From positions 4,030,001 to 4,094,000 of the forward strand of contig CP089274.1 of assembly GCA_023920165.1 (NCBI GenBank): a DNA stretch of 64,000 nt, given 5' to 3'. The stretch is from Curvularia clavata (taxonomy: Eukaryota). A program made the position numbers and the translations under genes. Below, piece by piece: positions 25,393 to 38,423 of this stretch. How positions within the stretch are numbered: the first letter of the stretch is position 1; the number at the start of each line of letters is the position of its first letter. The notes beneath the pieces are model-generated. The model was not told the DNA's origin. It worked only from the letters and a program-made list of their open reading frames with translations, and ran no database searches.

Positions 25393-26527
25393 TTACAACC
25401 CCTTCTTCTGGAACGACTTGACAGTGTCGACTACGCATTCCTCAAACGTCTTGTACTTTAAGCCGAGAATGTCAATGGACCGCTTGTTGTTGTACTTGTA
25501 CAATCCCTTGTCAGGAGTACCTTCTGGGTAATCGCCGCCGGGTGTTGTGTCGCTGGGCAAGTCCTTCAGCTCGGGGAAGTTTTTCTTGATAATCTGGCAC
25601 ATCTCTTTGTTGGAGAAGTAGCCGGCAGTGACAAAGAAGCGCTTGTTCGCAGCATCTGGCTTCTCCATTGCAGCCACATGGGCCTCGGCGACATCGCGCA
25701 CGTCTACCCATAGGTGTACTCCAGAGGGCGGAATTTCATCCTTGTACTTGCCCTGGGCAGCGGCGAGGATACGTTGGTTGGATGTGTTCATGTTGTCGAG
25801 GCTCTCGAGAGCGTGAATCTTGATTCTGTCAGTAACGCCATGCTGGTCATGTATACACTGAAACTTACAATGGGTCCGTAAACCATGGGTGGGTTGATCG
25901 TAGCGATGGTGAAGTTGGGCTTCTCCTTCTCTACAAACTCCCATGCTGCCTTCTCTGCAAACGTCTTGCTAGCGCGGTATCCATTGACGGGGTTCTCAAG
26001 TGCTTCTTGTACCGTGATAGGGTTCCAGTCTTCCTCTGAATAGACATGTCCTGGCCAGAAGCCGGTCGAAGGGTTGATGATGGCAGCAAAGGACGATGTG
26101 ATGACTACTTGCTTTACAGTCGGGGCGCTCTTCTTGATTGATTTCAAGATACCAGTGGTTCCAATGACAGCGGGGTCGAGCAAGTCCTGTCTGGTCAGCA
26201 AGCCATGACTTGCAAGTCGGGGGATTGCGCACTCACTTTCTGCACGTCGGTTACATTGAAATGGAATGGACTGGCAGTGTGGAGTACGGCCTCAAATGGA
26301 GGGTCTGAGATGACGGCCTTGTCGAAGGCATCGGGCTGGGCGATGTCTGGGACAATAGCAAAACTCAATTGGCCCTTCTCAACATGGCTCTTGTACGACT
26401 CCTTGATCTTGTCTGCTTTCTCTTGCGTGCGCACCGTGGTCACGACGCTGTGACCGTGCTCGAGCAAGATGTCAAGAGTGTGTGCAGCAATGAAGCCACT
26501 GCCTCCAGTCAGAAGAACTCGAGTCAT
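25393..26527 (-). CDS. NADPH-dependent aldehyde/methylglyoxal reductase, GRE2-like extended SDR (exons 26527-26237, 26186-25869, 25818-25393)
   Basis: LLTGGSGFIA, HTASPF, VITSSFAA, YRASK, WVDVRDVAEAH. Confidence 0.93.
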
Positions 26528-27434
26528 CTTGGTTGTATTATAGGGAAATCGAAAGTGTCAGTACGTGTCCGGATGCCAGTTTGCAGTCTGCAAGCGTGGC
26601 AGCATACGTGCTTGTTATGTAGTAGCCATTGCCCCCCAGCTAGCGCGGGGTCGAGCTATCCCGCGCATTCGCATCGGAATTAAACCAGTTCGCTTCTGCT
26701 GACAAAATCTTCTTAATCGTGGTTGTGACCGCGGCCCATCTCTTGCGTCATCAGTGATGCGACACGTTTGGTGGGGCATACTGCATCTTTGTACCCTCGC
26801 CCTGTCGAGGCACTGCAAACAAATGCTGACTGGCAGCTTCCCCTGGTTTAGGCTTTCCGAATAGACCGAATGGACTGTGTATCTCCCAGTACACTCCGCA
26901 GCATAGCCAGATCTTCATGCTCGACTGCTTCAAACCGACCGTGGTTGCGTTCTCGAGCTGACGAGCCTTGCCAGACCGGATGTAGAGCCCGGAGGTCGAA
27001 TCGAGTCGTGAGCGGCAGGGAAGCCGGGAACGGGCCGGTGAAGAGATTCTGATCACCTTGCCGTGCGATATGTCTGGAGTCTCGTCGTTTGGGGCGTCAA
27101 CAGGCGGTTCTAAGTACATTCTTTACAATACAGAGTCAAAAAGGCCCCACCTGGAGCTTGGATTGCCTCCCACATAAGCCCCCTCCCCCCGCCCGCCACT
27201 TGGTTTCGTTCTCCAATCCGATCAACGCTCCCTGCGTTGGACTATGCTTAGCTTCGCCTCACCAGCCTAAACATGGATATCGTCGCGCTCCCAAAGGGTC
27301 CCATATTCTAAACGAGCGTCTGATTCAGGTCTGATTGCGGGGCAAGCCGACAAGATGAGGGGCCAATTTTTCTCCAATCTCTTGCGGTGTTCTCGTCTCA
27401 TGCTCTTCCATAACTCTACATTGTCAAACTGAAA

Positions 27435-28759
27435 ATGGCAACCCTCAAGAGAAGCCCGCCTTTCCGCGCCGAGCACGTCGGCTCCTTGCTCCGTCCCCAA
27501 GAGCTTGTGCAAAAGCGCTACGATGTCGCCTCAGGCAAGGCCCAGCCGGACGACCTCGTGCCTTTAGAAGACAAGGCTGTCGCTGAGGTTGTCAAGTTTC
27601 AGCAAGACTGTGGACTCAAAGTTGTGTCGAGCGGAGAGTACACCAGGTAAGTACCTGGACATGAAGCTAGTTTAATTTCCGGCTAACTCTAGGGCTAGGC
27701 ACATGTTCTGGGGTACCTTCTTCGAAACACTTCACGGCATGAAGGAGCTGCAGCTTGGCGTGCTCAAGGGATACACCAAGGATATGTTCCGCGCTTATGC
27801 GCCTGACGTTAAGTCGTTCATGGAGGCTAAGGAAGTGCCCAACCACGTCACTATCTGTGTCGACAAGATCAGGCACCCTGGAAAGTCTAGCAACCAACGA
27901 GAGGTCGATTTGATGAAGAGCCTGCTTCCTGAGAGCGAATGGAAGAACATTAAGATCACGCTCATTTCGCCATCCTGGTACCACTTCCGTTACATGAACG
28001 GTTCGGCATACCCCAAGGAGGTGTATGCAAATGACGAGGAGTACTTTGAAGATGTTGCCAAGGCGTATCAAGAAGAGCTCAAGATCCTCCACTCGCAGGG
28101 AATCAGGAACATCCAGATCGACGATCCTAACCTGGCCTACTTTTGCTCCGAAGACATGTTGGCAGGCTGGAAAGCGGACAAGACCAACGACAAGACTGCC
28201 GATGAAATGTTCGATGCATATGTCAAGTTCTACAACAAGTGTTTTGAGCGCCCTGCGGACATGCACCTCGGCATCCACCTGTGCCGCGGCAACTATGTAG
28301 GAAGCAGGCATTTTAGCGAAGGTGCATACGACAACATTGCGAAGAAGCTATTCCAGGTACGTCCTGTCATGTCCCACATGAATTTCTCGGAGAAGCTAAC
28401 CGGAGCAGGATCTCAATGTTGATACCTATTACCTGGAATACGACACACCTCGCGCCGGAGGATTCGAGCCGTTGGAGCATCTCCCCAAGGGCAAGAACGT
28501 CGTCCTTGGCGTCGTCACTTCTAAATTCCCCGAGCTCGAGGACAAGGACCAGATGATTGCCCGAGTTAACCAAGCCGCGGACTGGATCGCAAAGGGCACT
28601 GGCCAGTCACGCGAGGAGGCGCTCCAGCAGTGCTGTGTTAGCCCACAGTGTGGGTTCGCATCGCACGCTGAGGGTAATGCCTTGGGCTATGAAGATATGA
28701 GGAAAAAACTGCAGCTTGTCAGGAGCATCGCGGACGCCGTGTGGCCCGGGGAGCCGTAG
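27435..28759 (+). CDS. Cobalamin-independent methionine synthase-like protein, C-terminal catalytic domain only (exons 27435-27646, 27699-28356, 28409-28759)
   Basis: FRAEHVGSLLRP, GEYTR, IQIDDP, Zn ligands HLCRGN / YLEYD / SPQCGFAS. Confidence 0.92.
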
Positions 28760-29870
28760 AGGGTGTGGCGGGATGAAAAGAGGAGTTTCGAGGAGTTTAA
28801 CACGACACGCTACTGCTGGACTTGAGACATATAGGATTAGTGGGAGCATTTCAGGAGCAGTGAACTGGAGCCGAATGCCGAATTCAACATGGCGTTCGCA
28901 AGGCGAGTAGTATTTGGTTTCCTGTGGGTGGCGGCATCCGAGTCAGGGTGGTGAATTGGGTGGCGATGAGATAGACGACGCGTCTCGCAGACTGTGCGAG
29001 TAGAGTAGCGAGTCGACGTGAGGAATATCATCATTACGGGGCCTGAAATCGGCAACCCGCATAGCCACGTGGTGGGGAGGTGTTCAGTTGCTTGTGCGGT
29101 GCAGGTCCAGAAGGTTTCCAGTGCACGCTGCTGCTAGCCCCATTGGGCCCGTAGTGGCCGTTACCCTTGAACCGCTACTCCACACCTGCCGCCCGAAGCG
29201 GGAGGAACGTCCGGCAGTCGGGAAATGACAGCTAATGGGGCCTGGGTTCCTGACAGGGTCAACACCAGGGTCTCCTGAGCTTCACAGTCGGCGACTAGCA
29301 CAAACGGGAAGGTGGGTGCTTGTCGCAGTCATAGATGCTTCATCGTGTCTCATCGCCAAACTAACAGCATTCTTGACAGCAGTATCAATGTGGCCGCCAT
29401 GTCGAGCGAATGCGACATAGAGTATTTGGCCTTGAGCCGCCGAATCTCTCCAGCCCGCGGAGCCTCACCCACCACGAAATGTCTCTGGCGCAACGGGTGG
29501 CGCAGTTCGGACGAAAACCTTCTTGTTCCGCAAATTACGACTCGCAGGGATGCCCTACCAGGGTCCATAGATCGACACACCTCGCTTCCATGTAGGCATT
29601 GCATACTCTGCTTAGAACAGACGAAAAACCGCGACTATTGAACACCGGGGGAATGGTACCTATAGGCGTCCAATGGTTTGACTTACTGCCTTCGGCATTC
29701 ATCGCTTGCGCCGCAGTGATAGGGGGTTGTCAAACCATGCCGCTGGCACTCTTCACATAATATAAAGTCTTGCGAGGCTCCATTTTCTTCACCAAGCAGG
29801 CACCTCTCCAGCCTCTGTCATTCGTTTGAACCACCTGCCTTGGCAATTCACTTAATACTACCTAATAGCC

Positions 29871-31855
29871 ATGCTCTTCCCCCGCGTTCTCGGCTCTTTC
29901 GCCGCCTTCCTTTCGCTTGCTCGAGCCGTCGATCTGACTGGCTATGAGTACGTCGTCGTTGGTTCCGGTGCCGGTGGTGGCGTACGTAACACACATTCCA
30001 GCTTAGCTAACCTTGTCACTGACTGATTGTGTAGCCATTGGCCGCCCGACTCGCTCTCGCTGGCCACAAGACTCTCCTGATTGAGGCCGGTGACGACCAG
30101 GGTGCCAACCAAAACTACACTGTGCCCGCCTTCAGCGCCAGGTCCTCTGAGGATGCCAACCTCAGCTGGAACTTCTTCGTCAAGCACTACGCCGATGAGA
30201 CCAGGCAGGCTCGCGACTACAAGACCACCTATGAAACTCCCGATGGCCGCGAGTACACTGGTCTCAGCCCACCTGCAGGCTCTACCATGAAGGGTACTCT
30301 GTACCCGCGTACTGGTACCCTCGGAGGCTGCACTGCTCACAATGCCCTCATTGCTGTCTACCCCCACCAGTCCGACTTCGAGAACATCCAGAAGCTTACT
30401 GGAGATGACTCGTGGGCGCCTTCCAACATGCGCAAGTACTTTGAGAAGTTGGAGAAGAACCGCTACCTCATTCCCGGCACGGGAGCCCACGGCTACAATG
30501 GCTGGCTCGGCACTGCCTACGCCCCAATTGACATTGTCACCAGCGACCCCAAGCTTCTCAGTTTGGTTAGCGGAGCTGCCTTTGCCCTTGGCAACAAGAC
30601 CAATGCCATTGTCAACCTGGCTACTCTTATCGCTGGTGATGCCAACGCCGACTCCAAGGAGCGTGACGCTGGTCCAGGTCTCTACCAGATCCCCATCTCC
30701 ACCAGCGACGGCAAGCGCACTGGATCTCGTGAGTTCGTTCTCGCTGTCCGCGATGCGAAGAACGCCAACGGCACCAAGATGTACCCTCTCGATGTCAGGA
30801 TGAACTGCCACGTGACCAAGGTTACCTTCGACGAGACTGCCTCTCCTCCCCGTGCTACCGGTGTCGAGTTCCTTGACGGCCAGTACCTCTACAAGGCCAG
30901 CCCCAAGTCCTCTGGCGCTACTGGAACCCCCGGTTCCGCCAAGGCTTCCCGTGAGGTTATCCTCTCTGGTGGAACCTACAACTCTCCCCAGCTCCTCAAG
31001 CTTAGTGGTGTCGGACCTGCTGATGAGCTGAAGAAGTTCAACATCCCCGTCATTGCCGACCGCCCCGGTGTTGGAACCAACCTCCAGGACCACTACGAGA
31101 TTAACGTCCAGGGCAAGGCCAAGTCCGACTTCTCTGCTCTTGATGGCTGCACCTTCGAGGGAGATGCTGCTGACAAGTGCATGACCCGCTGGGAGAACCC
31201 CATCCTTGGAAACCGCGGTCTGTACTCCTCTCCCGGTCTGGGCGCCACCATGTTCTACCAGTCAAGCGCAGCTGAGAACAACGACTACGACATCTTCGCC
31301 TTTGGTGGCCCTGTCAACTTCCGCGGCTACTTCCCTGGCTACGCCTATAACGCCACCTCTGAGCACAACTGGTTCACCTGGGCCATTCTCAAGGCTCACC
31401 CTCGCAACACCGCCGGAACCATTACTCTCCGCTCTGCTGACCCTCTCGACATGCCCGAAATCACCTACAACTACTTCGACACTGGCGTTGGTGACTACCA
31501 GAAGGACCTTACTGCTCTCACTGAGGCTGTCAACCTCACCCGTGACGCTTTCAAGCGCCAACTTGTCCCGATCGATGAGGTCCTTCCCGGTGCTGATGTC
31601 AAGACCTCCGAGCAGATTGCCCAGTACGCCAAGGACACTGCTTGGGGCCACCACGCCTCTTCTTCCTGCCCCATTGGCGCCGACGACGACAAGATGGCTG
31701 TCCTTGACTCCAGCTTCAACGTCCGTGGTGTTGCTGGCCTGAGGGTTGTCGACGCTAGTGTTTTCCCCCGCATTCCGGGAACTTTCACTGCTGTCTCGAC
31801 CTACATGGTTGCGGAGAAGGCAGCTGATGTTATTCTTCAGGGACTCAAGGCATAA
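29871..31855 (+). CDS. Secreted GMC oxidoreductase, AA3-type (exons 29871-29981, 30035-31855)
   Basis: Signal peptide, YVVVGSGAGGGPLA FAD motif, LGGCTAHN, GTNLQDH, WGHH, LRVVDASVFP; tataaa at about 29761. Confidence 0.95.
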
Positions 31856-32352
31856 GAGTGTTGTTAGCGTTTTATGATTGTACGGCTTCGAGTATCAATG
31901 GAAGATATGAGTTGAAATTTGAATATGAAATTGCCAGTGTTATTGATCATGATGTGTGATGTACTTTTGTTGCGAACGGCTGATTGTTGTATATGTGCCT
32001 GAACTCTCTGGACTGCGGAAAAATGTGCGATATGGCCAATATGTCTTTGATCCGATCGTCATGCACGCACTCAAAATTCTGCTTTTTGGATAAAAGCGAA
32101 ACCTCTGCTCTTTGTTGATACCAAGACGACTAGTTCAAAGATCAGAGAGACAAATGACTTTACTGATGGCGAATCTCTTGGGGATTTCTTCTGAACCTAT
32201 ACGACAGTTAAGTGATTTGAAGAAGATTAAAGGTAACAACATCACGACGTCCTGTTCTTCCTCCAAATCACTGATAACTCATGCCACCATCACGCGCACA
32301 CCTGAGTAAACTAATGAAAACAGGAAAACACACTACTTTTTTTATTCTCTAT

Positions 32353-33638
32353 CTAATTACCCAGAGCCTCCCTCCTTCCCTTACTTCCCAAATCCAAATA
32401 CGGCGCCTCGCCCAAACTGCACACGCGGTCTCCGGCCCTTGCCTCGGCATAGTCATATGTCGCACAATGCCACGTGCTCCTGTTATCCCAGATGGCAAGG
32501 TCGTTCTTGTTCCACTTGAAGCGGACCTGAGCATCGTGGTTCTGCGTGACAAGGTTGAAGAGGTAGGGGAGCAAGAGGTCGGATTCATCTTTTGTGATGC
32601 CGTTGATGCGCTTGGTGAAGCCCTTGTTTACGTAGACGGATTTCCAGCCCGTGACGGCTGTGGTGGGGGAGGGATGTCAGTGAATTTGAAACAGTGAAAA
32701 GGAGCGGAAAAAGAGTTAAGAGGGTTGGACAAGAAATAAGAAGGGTAACTTACGATTTGTGCGAATGACGGGGTGAACAGCTGTCAGGGCGTCTCCGTGG
32801 TTCAGTGGGTTGCCACGGACACCTTTTCGAAGCGGGTTACCAAGACGTTCCGCCTCGTCGAGGAAGAACTTGGCGTCGTGGGTGGCGGTTAGGCCCTCGA
32901 GGAAGGTTCGCATGGCGGGGGAGAGGCGGTCGTAGATCTCGTAGCCAGAGGCCCAGAGGGTGTCACCACCGGTGGCGGGCAACGTGTGGATCTTGAGCAT
33001 GGCGTAGTCTGAAGGTACGGGCTCGAAGGTGATATCGCTGTGCCAGCCGGCAGAGGCGAAGCGGCTGACATCGGAGAGCTGGTGAGTGAGGCCTCCGCCC
33101 TTCTTTTGCTTTTCACTGCTGATGACGGAGATTTGGTCGCCTAGTTCGGAGCCTTCTTCTGTAAGGGGGTGGACGTGGAGACCAGATGATGAGGGCTATT
33201 GAGGAATTAGAGAAAAATAGATGAAGCGGTAGAAGGTTTATTCAAGACATACGCATCCTGAGAGTTCAGTCAAGCGCAACATCAGGTCGCGCATTTGGGT
33301 TGGAGTAACATCCTGGTTACGCAAAAAGACAACTCCGCGCTGCGAGACTACAAGAGTACGTCAACTACTGTTTCAACAGAGATAGTACGAAAAGACTAAC
33401 CAGTAACAGCCAGATCCTTCACAACAGCATCGCTTGCCTTGAGCAAGTCGGTTACTTGAAGGCCTTCAAACTCCCGTCCAATGACTGGCGTCAAATCCTG
33501 GTACTTGTAGCTGTCCAATGATCCAGAGTACACCAGGGGTTCCAAAAGTCTCGACCTGGCTGTGGCGTCTCCGCCAAAGATTTGTGTGCCATTGCCGGCA
33601 TAATCGTTTTCGGCATTGACCTGCTCTACCGAAGGCAT
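32353..33638 (-). CDS. TauD-family alpha-ketoglutarate-dependent sulfonate dioxygenase (exons 33638-33401, 33347-33253, 33195-32754, 32657-32353)
   Basis: QRGVVFLRNQ, WHSD iron-binding motif, GGDTLWASGY, HPVIRTNP, IWDNRSTWH. Confidence 0.95.
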
Positions 33639-34028
33639 CTTGGGCGACTAGAGGATGGAAAGAGTATGGGCTCGCAAAACAACGGGAGAGTGCTCAGCAC
33701 ACAACTTTTGCAACCGGAAAATGCTCCGACGAGTACGCAGATAATAGACTTTTTTGATCGCTTGGAGGCCCTTGGGGGTATATCAATCAACCTCCGGGAT
33801 CCGGGTTAACAGCCGTATTACACGTGGTATAGCACGTCATCGGGTACGTTGTATGTTCCGGGACTAGACCCAGCAGCCAGGATGCAAGTGAGTTGCGCTA
33901 CCCTGCGAGCTGTACGCCAATAAGAGATTCATGCACGTGCCCCCAGCCGTGCGCCTCCTCCTTCTCCTCTTTCGTCGGCGCAATTACTACCTCGGGAAGT
34001 GGTTGTGATGGCGACGACATAGACTGTA

Positions 34029-34038
34029 ATTGCGCCAT
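34029..34038. promoter_or_regulatory. CYS-3/MetR-type bZIP site in the TauD/permease divergent promoter
   Basis: ATTGCGCCAT resembles the Neurospora CYS-3 consensus (ATGRYRYCAT / ATBRCGCCAT, recalled); two CACGTG E-boxes at about 33821 and 33934. Confidence 0.55.
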
Positions 34039-34177
34039 GGCAATGCTTAGGCAGTATATAGGCGGGATGAGAAGGGGTAATGGTTTGAAATGCGCATTGG
34101 AGATCGTCCATCCCCGTCCTTTCCTCTCTTCTTTTTAATTAAGCGTGTGTTGCGGTTGAGCACTGCGGTCTCTCAAG

Positions 34178-35882
34178 ATGGGCAACGATATTGAGGCAGT
34201 GGCCCCGCATACGACGCGGATCAGCGAGGATGCCAGCTCCATCAAACCATTGGCAAAGGTCGGCAGAGAGGAACTGGCAGATATCGTTCCTCCCCATGAC
34301 ACCTACGAAGGCCGACACCGTTTTGATCCCCATGCCACCTGGACCGTCGAGGAAGAGCGCCGTGTCATTCGCAAGACGGATCTTCGACTCCTGACATGGC
34401 TGTGTCTCATGATGTTTGGGCTGCAGGTAAATCTACATTCAATACAAAGAAAAACAGAATACTGATCATTGCAGCTTGATCGCGGAAATCTGTCGAACGC
34501 CCTTGCAGACGATCTCTTGAAAGATCTCGGTCTGACCACCGATGATTACAACAATGGTACAACTATTCAGTTGGTGTGCTTTCTCGCGGCCGAGTTCCCC
34601 GTGCAATTGTGAGTACCATCGGAAACTGGATCTCGGGATATATCTGACCGAATGCTTTCGCAGTCTCACTAAGAGATACGGCTTCAAATACGTACTTCCA
34701 ACCATGATGATGGCCTGGGGAACCGCATCTTGGGGTCAGTCCTGGATGCATGATCGCACCTCATTCTACCTCGGCCGTGCTGCGATTGGTCTCTGTGAGG
34801 GTGGCTTCATTCCCGGAGTCATTCTGTTCGCGACTTATTTCTACAAGTCGAAAGAGCTTTCCATGCGCCTTGCAGCCTTCTGGTCTACGCTCAACGTCGC
34901 CCGTGTCATTTCGGCTCTACTTGCAGCTGGAATCCTCGAGATGCGCGGCATAGGAGGAAAGCCAGGATGGTTTTGGCTGTTTTTGCTCGAAGGCCTCCTG
35001 ACCGTCATTATCGCTTTCGCTTCGTTCTTGTACTTGCCAGCGTCACCCACGTCCACCAAGAATGTGCTTTGGCCCAGTGGCTGGTACACTGAGCGGGAAG
35101 AAGTCATCATGATCAACCGCATTCTCAGAGATGATCCAGCCAAAGGTCTCACCGCCCTCAAGGAGCCCGCCACCTTCAAGGATATCCGCGCGGCCTGGTC
35201 TGACCCTTCCATGTGGGGTCTGTACTTCATCGGCCTTATTGCGTATATTCCTGCCTCACCCGTTCAAGGATACCTTACGCTCACTCTCAAGCGTCTTGGT
35301 TTTAGCAGGTTCGACAGCAACATGCTTACTATCCCATCTGCTGCGCTCCAGGTCATCACTATGTTGGCATTGGCGTACTCGAGCGATTATTTCAACGAAC
35401 GCACATTCCACTGCATCTTTGGCGAGTTCTGGATCATGCCCCTCCTCATTGCTCTCCTAACGCTACCCGACGGCGGGCGCGAGTGGGGCCGCTTCTCGCT
35501 GATCACACTCATCTCTGGTTACCCATACTTCCACCCACTGGTTTCATCTTGGATCTCTGAGAACACGTTCGACGTCAAGAAGCGCGCAATTACGGCTGCC
35601 ACGTACAATGTCATTGTGCAAATTGGATCTCTAATCAGTTCACAGATCTACCGCTCGTACGATGGCCCGTACTACAAGCAGGGCAATACAGTATTGGTAT
35701 CCATCTGCGCATTGAGTGTGGTTACTTTCCTAGTGCAAAGACTCGTTTTGACGAGGATGAATAGGAATAAGCAAAAGCAGTGGGACTCGATGACAAGTGA
35801 AGAGAAGGCTCTGTACCAGGCGGATCTTGCCGCTCGTGAGGAAGACGGAAACAAGCGGTTGGACTTTAGATTCACTTTGTAG
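34178..35882 (+). CDS. MFS anion:cation symporter of the Dal5/SOA1/AstA type, probable sulfonate/sulfate permease (exons 34178-34426, 34475-34608, 34664-35882)
   Basis: QLDRGNLSNA, EGGFIPG, GWFWLFLLEG, RDDPAKG, C-terminal RLDFRF; many hydrophobic segments. Confidence 0.93.
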
Positions 35883-36662
35883 TCCGGATTAAGAAGGTGG
35901 AACGGGCTTGGTTAAGGAAGGCTTACTGTTTTCGTGTATTAGGTCCAACACGGCTCAAGTTTGCACTCGGTAACTACCTTGGCAACCCCTCACCCAAAGA
36001 ATCTGCAACGTGCCCGTCAGCCAGCCGTGCCGAGGTTTTCGCGAGACACGCTTACATGTAGCCGAACCACGATAGTCGAATCCAGTTTGAACACCCTGAT
36101 ACAACCGCCCTTGAGTTGAAATACGTTTTGCAACCGGACCCCGGCTTCCTCTCCTTGTGTATGTGTATATGAGATGTATTGGGTGTTGGCGTGTTGCCAT
36201 CGTTACCTCAAGAAATCCAGTCGAGAGGCGATCGAACTTGGTTCAGCCTCATCCTCACCAGAGATAGATCTCAGTACTGAGGTCGTTAGTTTGACCCACT
36301 CTTCCTCCCACATTCCACTTTTCGCCATCGCGTTATTGCGGGGGCGGATGACGAGATGCCACCGCGCGAGTCATTTTCCGTCTGGATTACCAAGAGGTCA
36401 ACAACTTCGTGGACGGCGCCACGATTGCCCAAACAAGACAGAAACTCCGATGCGCAAAGTCTTCTGACGCCTCCGACAATTCTGAGTGGATTGTCCATTT
36501 TGGGTCTGGGCGGCAAAAGGTTCTGCCGCCCGGTCGACTCATCGCTGAACGGAGGTGATTGCACATACTGTGTCTCTACGCCTGGGAAGTTTTGTATCCT
36601 TTTTTTCAGATTTGAATCAGCTCCATTGAATTATCACACGTACAACTTCTTACAACGGCAAA

Positions 36663-37873
36663 ATGGCGTGGGAAGAACCTCGTAAGACGGGCATGCAATA
36701 CCGCCGTCTGGGTAACTCCGGACTGCATGTATCGGTTCTTGGCCTGGGAGGATGGCTCACGTATGTTTTTTTACGTTGATATCGTGTGTCAATGCTAACC
36801 AATGCGTAGTTTTGGTGGACATGTCGAAAATGGTTATTCATCCCGTCCACATTTCAGCAGATCACATGACTAATTCCACATCAGAGAGCACATTCAACAT
36901 CATGAAGACCGCATATGACAACGGTATCAACTTCTTCGACACTGCAGAATCCTATGCTGGAGGCCAATCAGAGATTATCATGGGCCAAGCGATCAAGAAG
37001 TTTGGCTGGAACCGTAACGATCTCGTGATTTCAACAAAACTCAACTGGGGGGGTGCAAACGGAGAGGTCCTCGTGAACAACCACGGTCTTTCCCGTAAAC
37101 ACATTGTCGAGGGACTTCGTGCGTCTCTTAAGCGCATGGATTTGGAATATGTCGATATCGTATATGCCCATCGTCCGGACCGCCTAACACCTATGGAAGA
37201 AACCGTTCGTGCCTTCAACCATGTAATTGAGCAGAAGGGTTGGGCATTGTACTGGGGTACATCTGAGTGGTCTGCAGATGAGATCGCTGAGGCTTGCGGC
37301 ATCGCCAAGCAGCTGGGTCTCATTGCACCAATTGTAGAACAGCCACAGTACAACCTGCTCGAGAGGAAGAAGGTCGAAAGCGAGTTCCAGCGCCTGTACT
37401 CGCGCTTCGGTCTTGGTTTGACTACGTTTTCGCCACTCAAGTTTGGCCTCCTTAGTGGAAAGTACAACGATAGCCCGGATGCGCCCCCAGCAGGATCAAG
37501 ATTTGCTGAAGGCAAGGATAAGTTCGTGAGCAGCATGCGGGATAGCTATGGAAACAGCGAGTGGAGCAACATGATCAATAGCGCCAAGGCTCTGAAGGTT
37601 AGTTTTTTTTTGTTGGCTATTCAAGATGTCTGGTTGCTAACATTCGCGCAGCCAATTGCCGATAGCCTGGGTGTTAGCCAATCGCAGTTGTCGCTCGCGT
37701 GGTGCTTGAAGAACCCCAACGTCTCTGCAGTCATTACTGGTGCATCAAGACCAGAGCAAGTTATCGATAACTGTGCAGCGCTGAAGGTCATTGAGAAGCT
37801 GACGCCGGAGGTGATGGAGAAGATTTCGGACATTGTTGGTCACATTCAGCTCGACCCTGCCCGTCAAGACTAG
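36663..37873 (+). CDS. Aldo-keto reductase, Kv-beta (AKR6)-like (exons 36663-36760, 36810-36832, 36885-37597, 37652-37873)
   Basis: MQYRRLGNSGLHVS, GINFFDTAESY, LSRKHIVEG, YWGTSEW, EQPQYNLL, ITGASRPEQ; contains a 23-nt microexon. Confidence 0.93.
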
Positions 37874-38423
37874 AAAACCGTTTGATACGGATTTGCCGAT
37901 GCTCTTGAGGGAAAACCCGAAGAACGACTGCTAGACTATATAGAGACAAGCGTGTAGACAAAAGGAGCGGAGAATATCCGAAAGTAAAAGATGCTATTCG
38001 AAAGCAGATCTCCATCTAGCTCATCCTCGAACCTTGTTCAGCCTTCGCTCGTGCATTGATCATATAAGCCCTTCATAGTGTATAGACTTGAGTATTAAAG
38101 GGGCTCAAACCAATTAGGATTGAAGAAGTGAGATACGGAGAAAACCGTAGTGATGTACTTGATGTAACCTCTCATGGTACAGCAAGTTAAACCGCAGATG
38201 CTGCTGCCAACCAGTTAGTCATTTCGCGAGTATAAAGACGGCCAATCCTGACTTTACTTCTACGCCATCCAATTCTTGGTGGCAGAAAGAAAAATGAACG
38301 AAGTCATCCAATGATGACACTGTAGGTCAGCGAATTGGACTGGCGTAGGAGCGATATAGCGTTGCGATAGTAGATAGTGCCCAAGATGCCAAATCTCTCT
38401 TTTTAAAGCCGAGGCCTTTTTCT

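Noticed and set aside
29942..31093. 383-aa antisense ORF (likewise 9365-10375, 19304-20200, 22199-23017)
   Set aside because: Expected stop-free shadow frames opposite strongly codon-biased genes.
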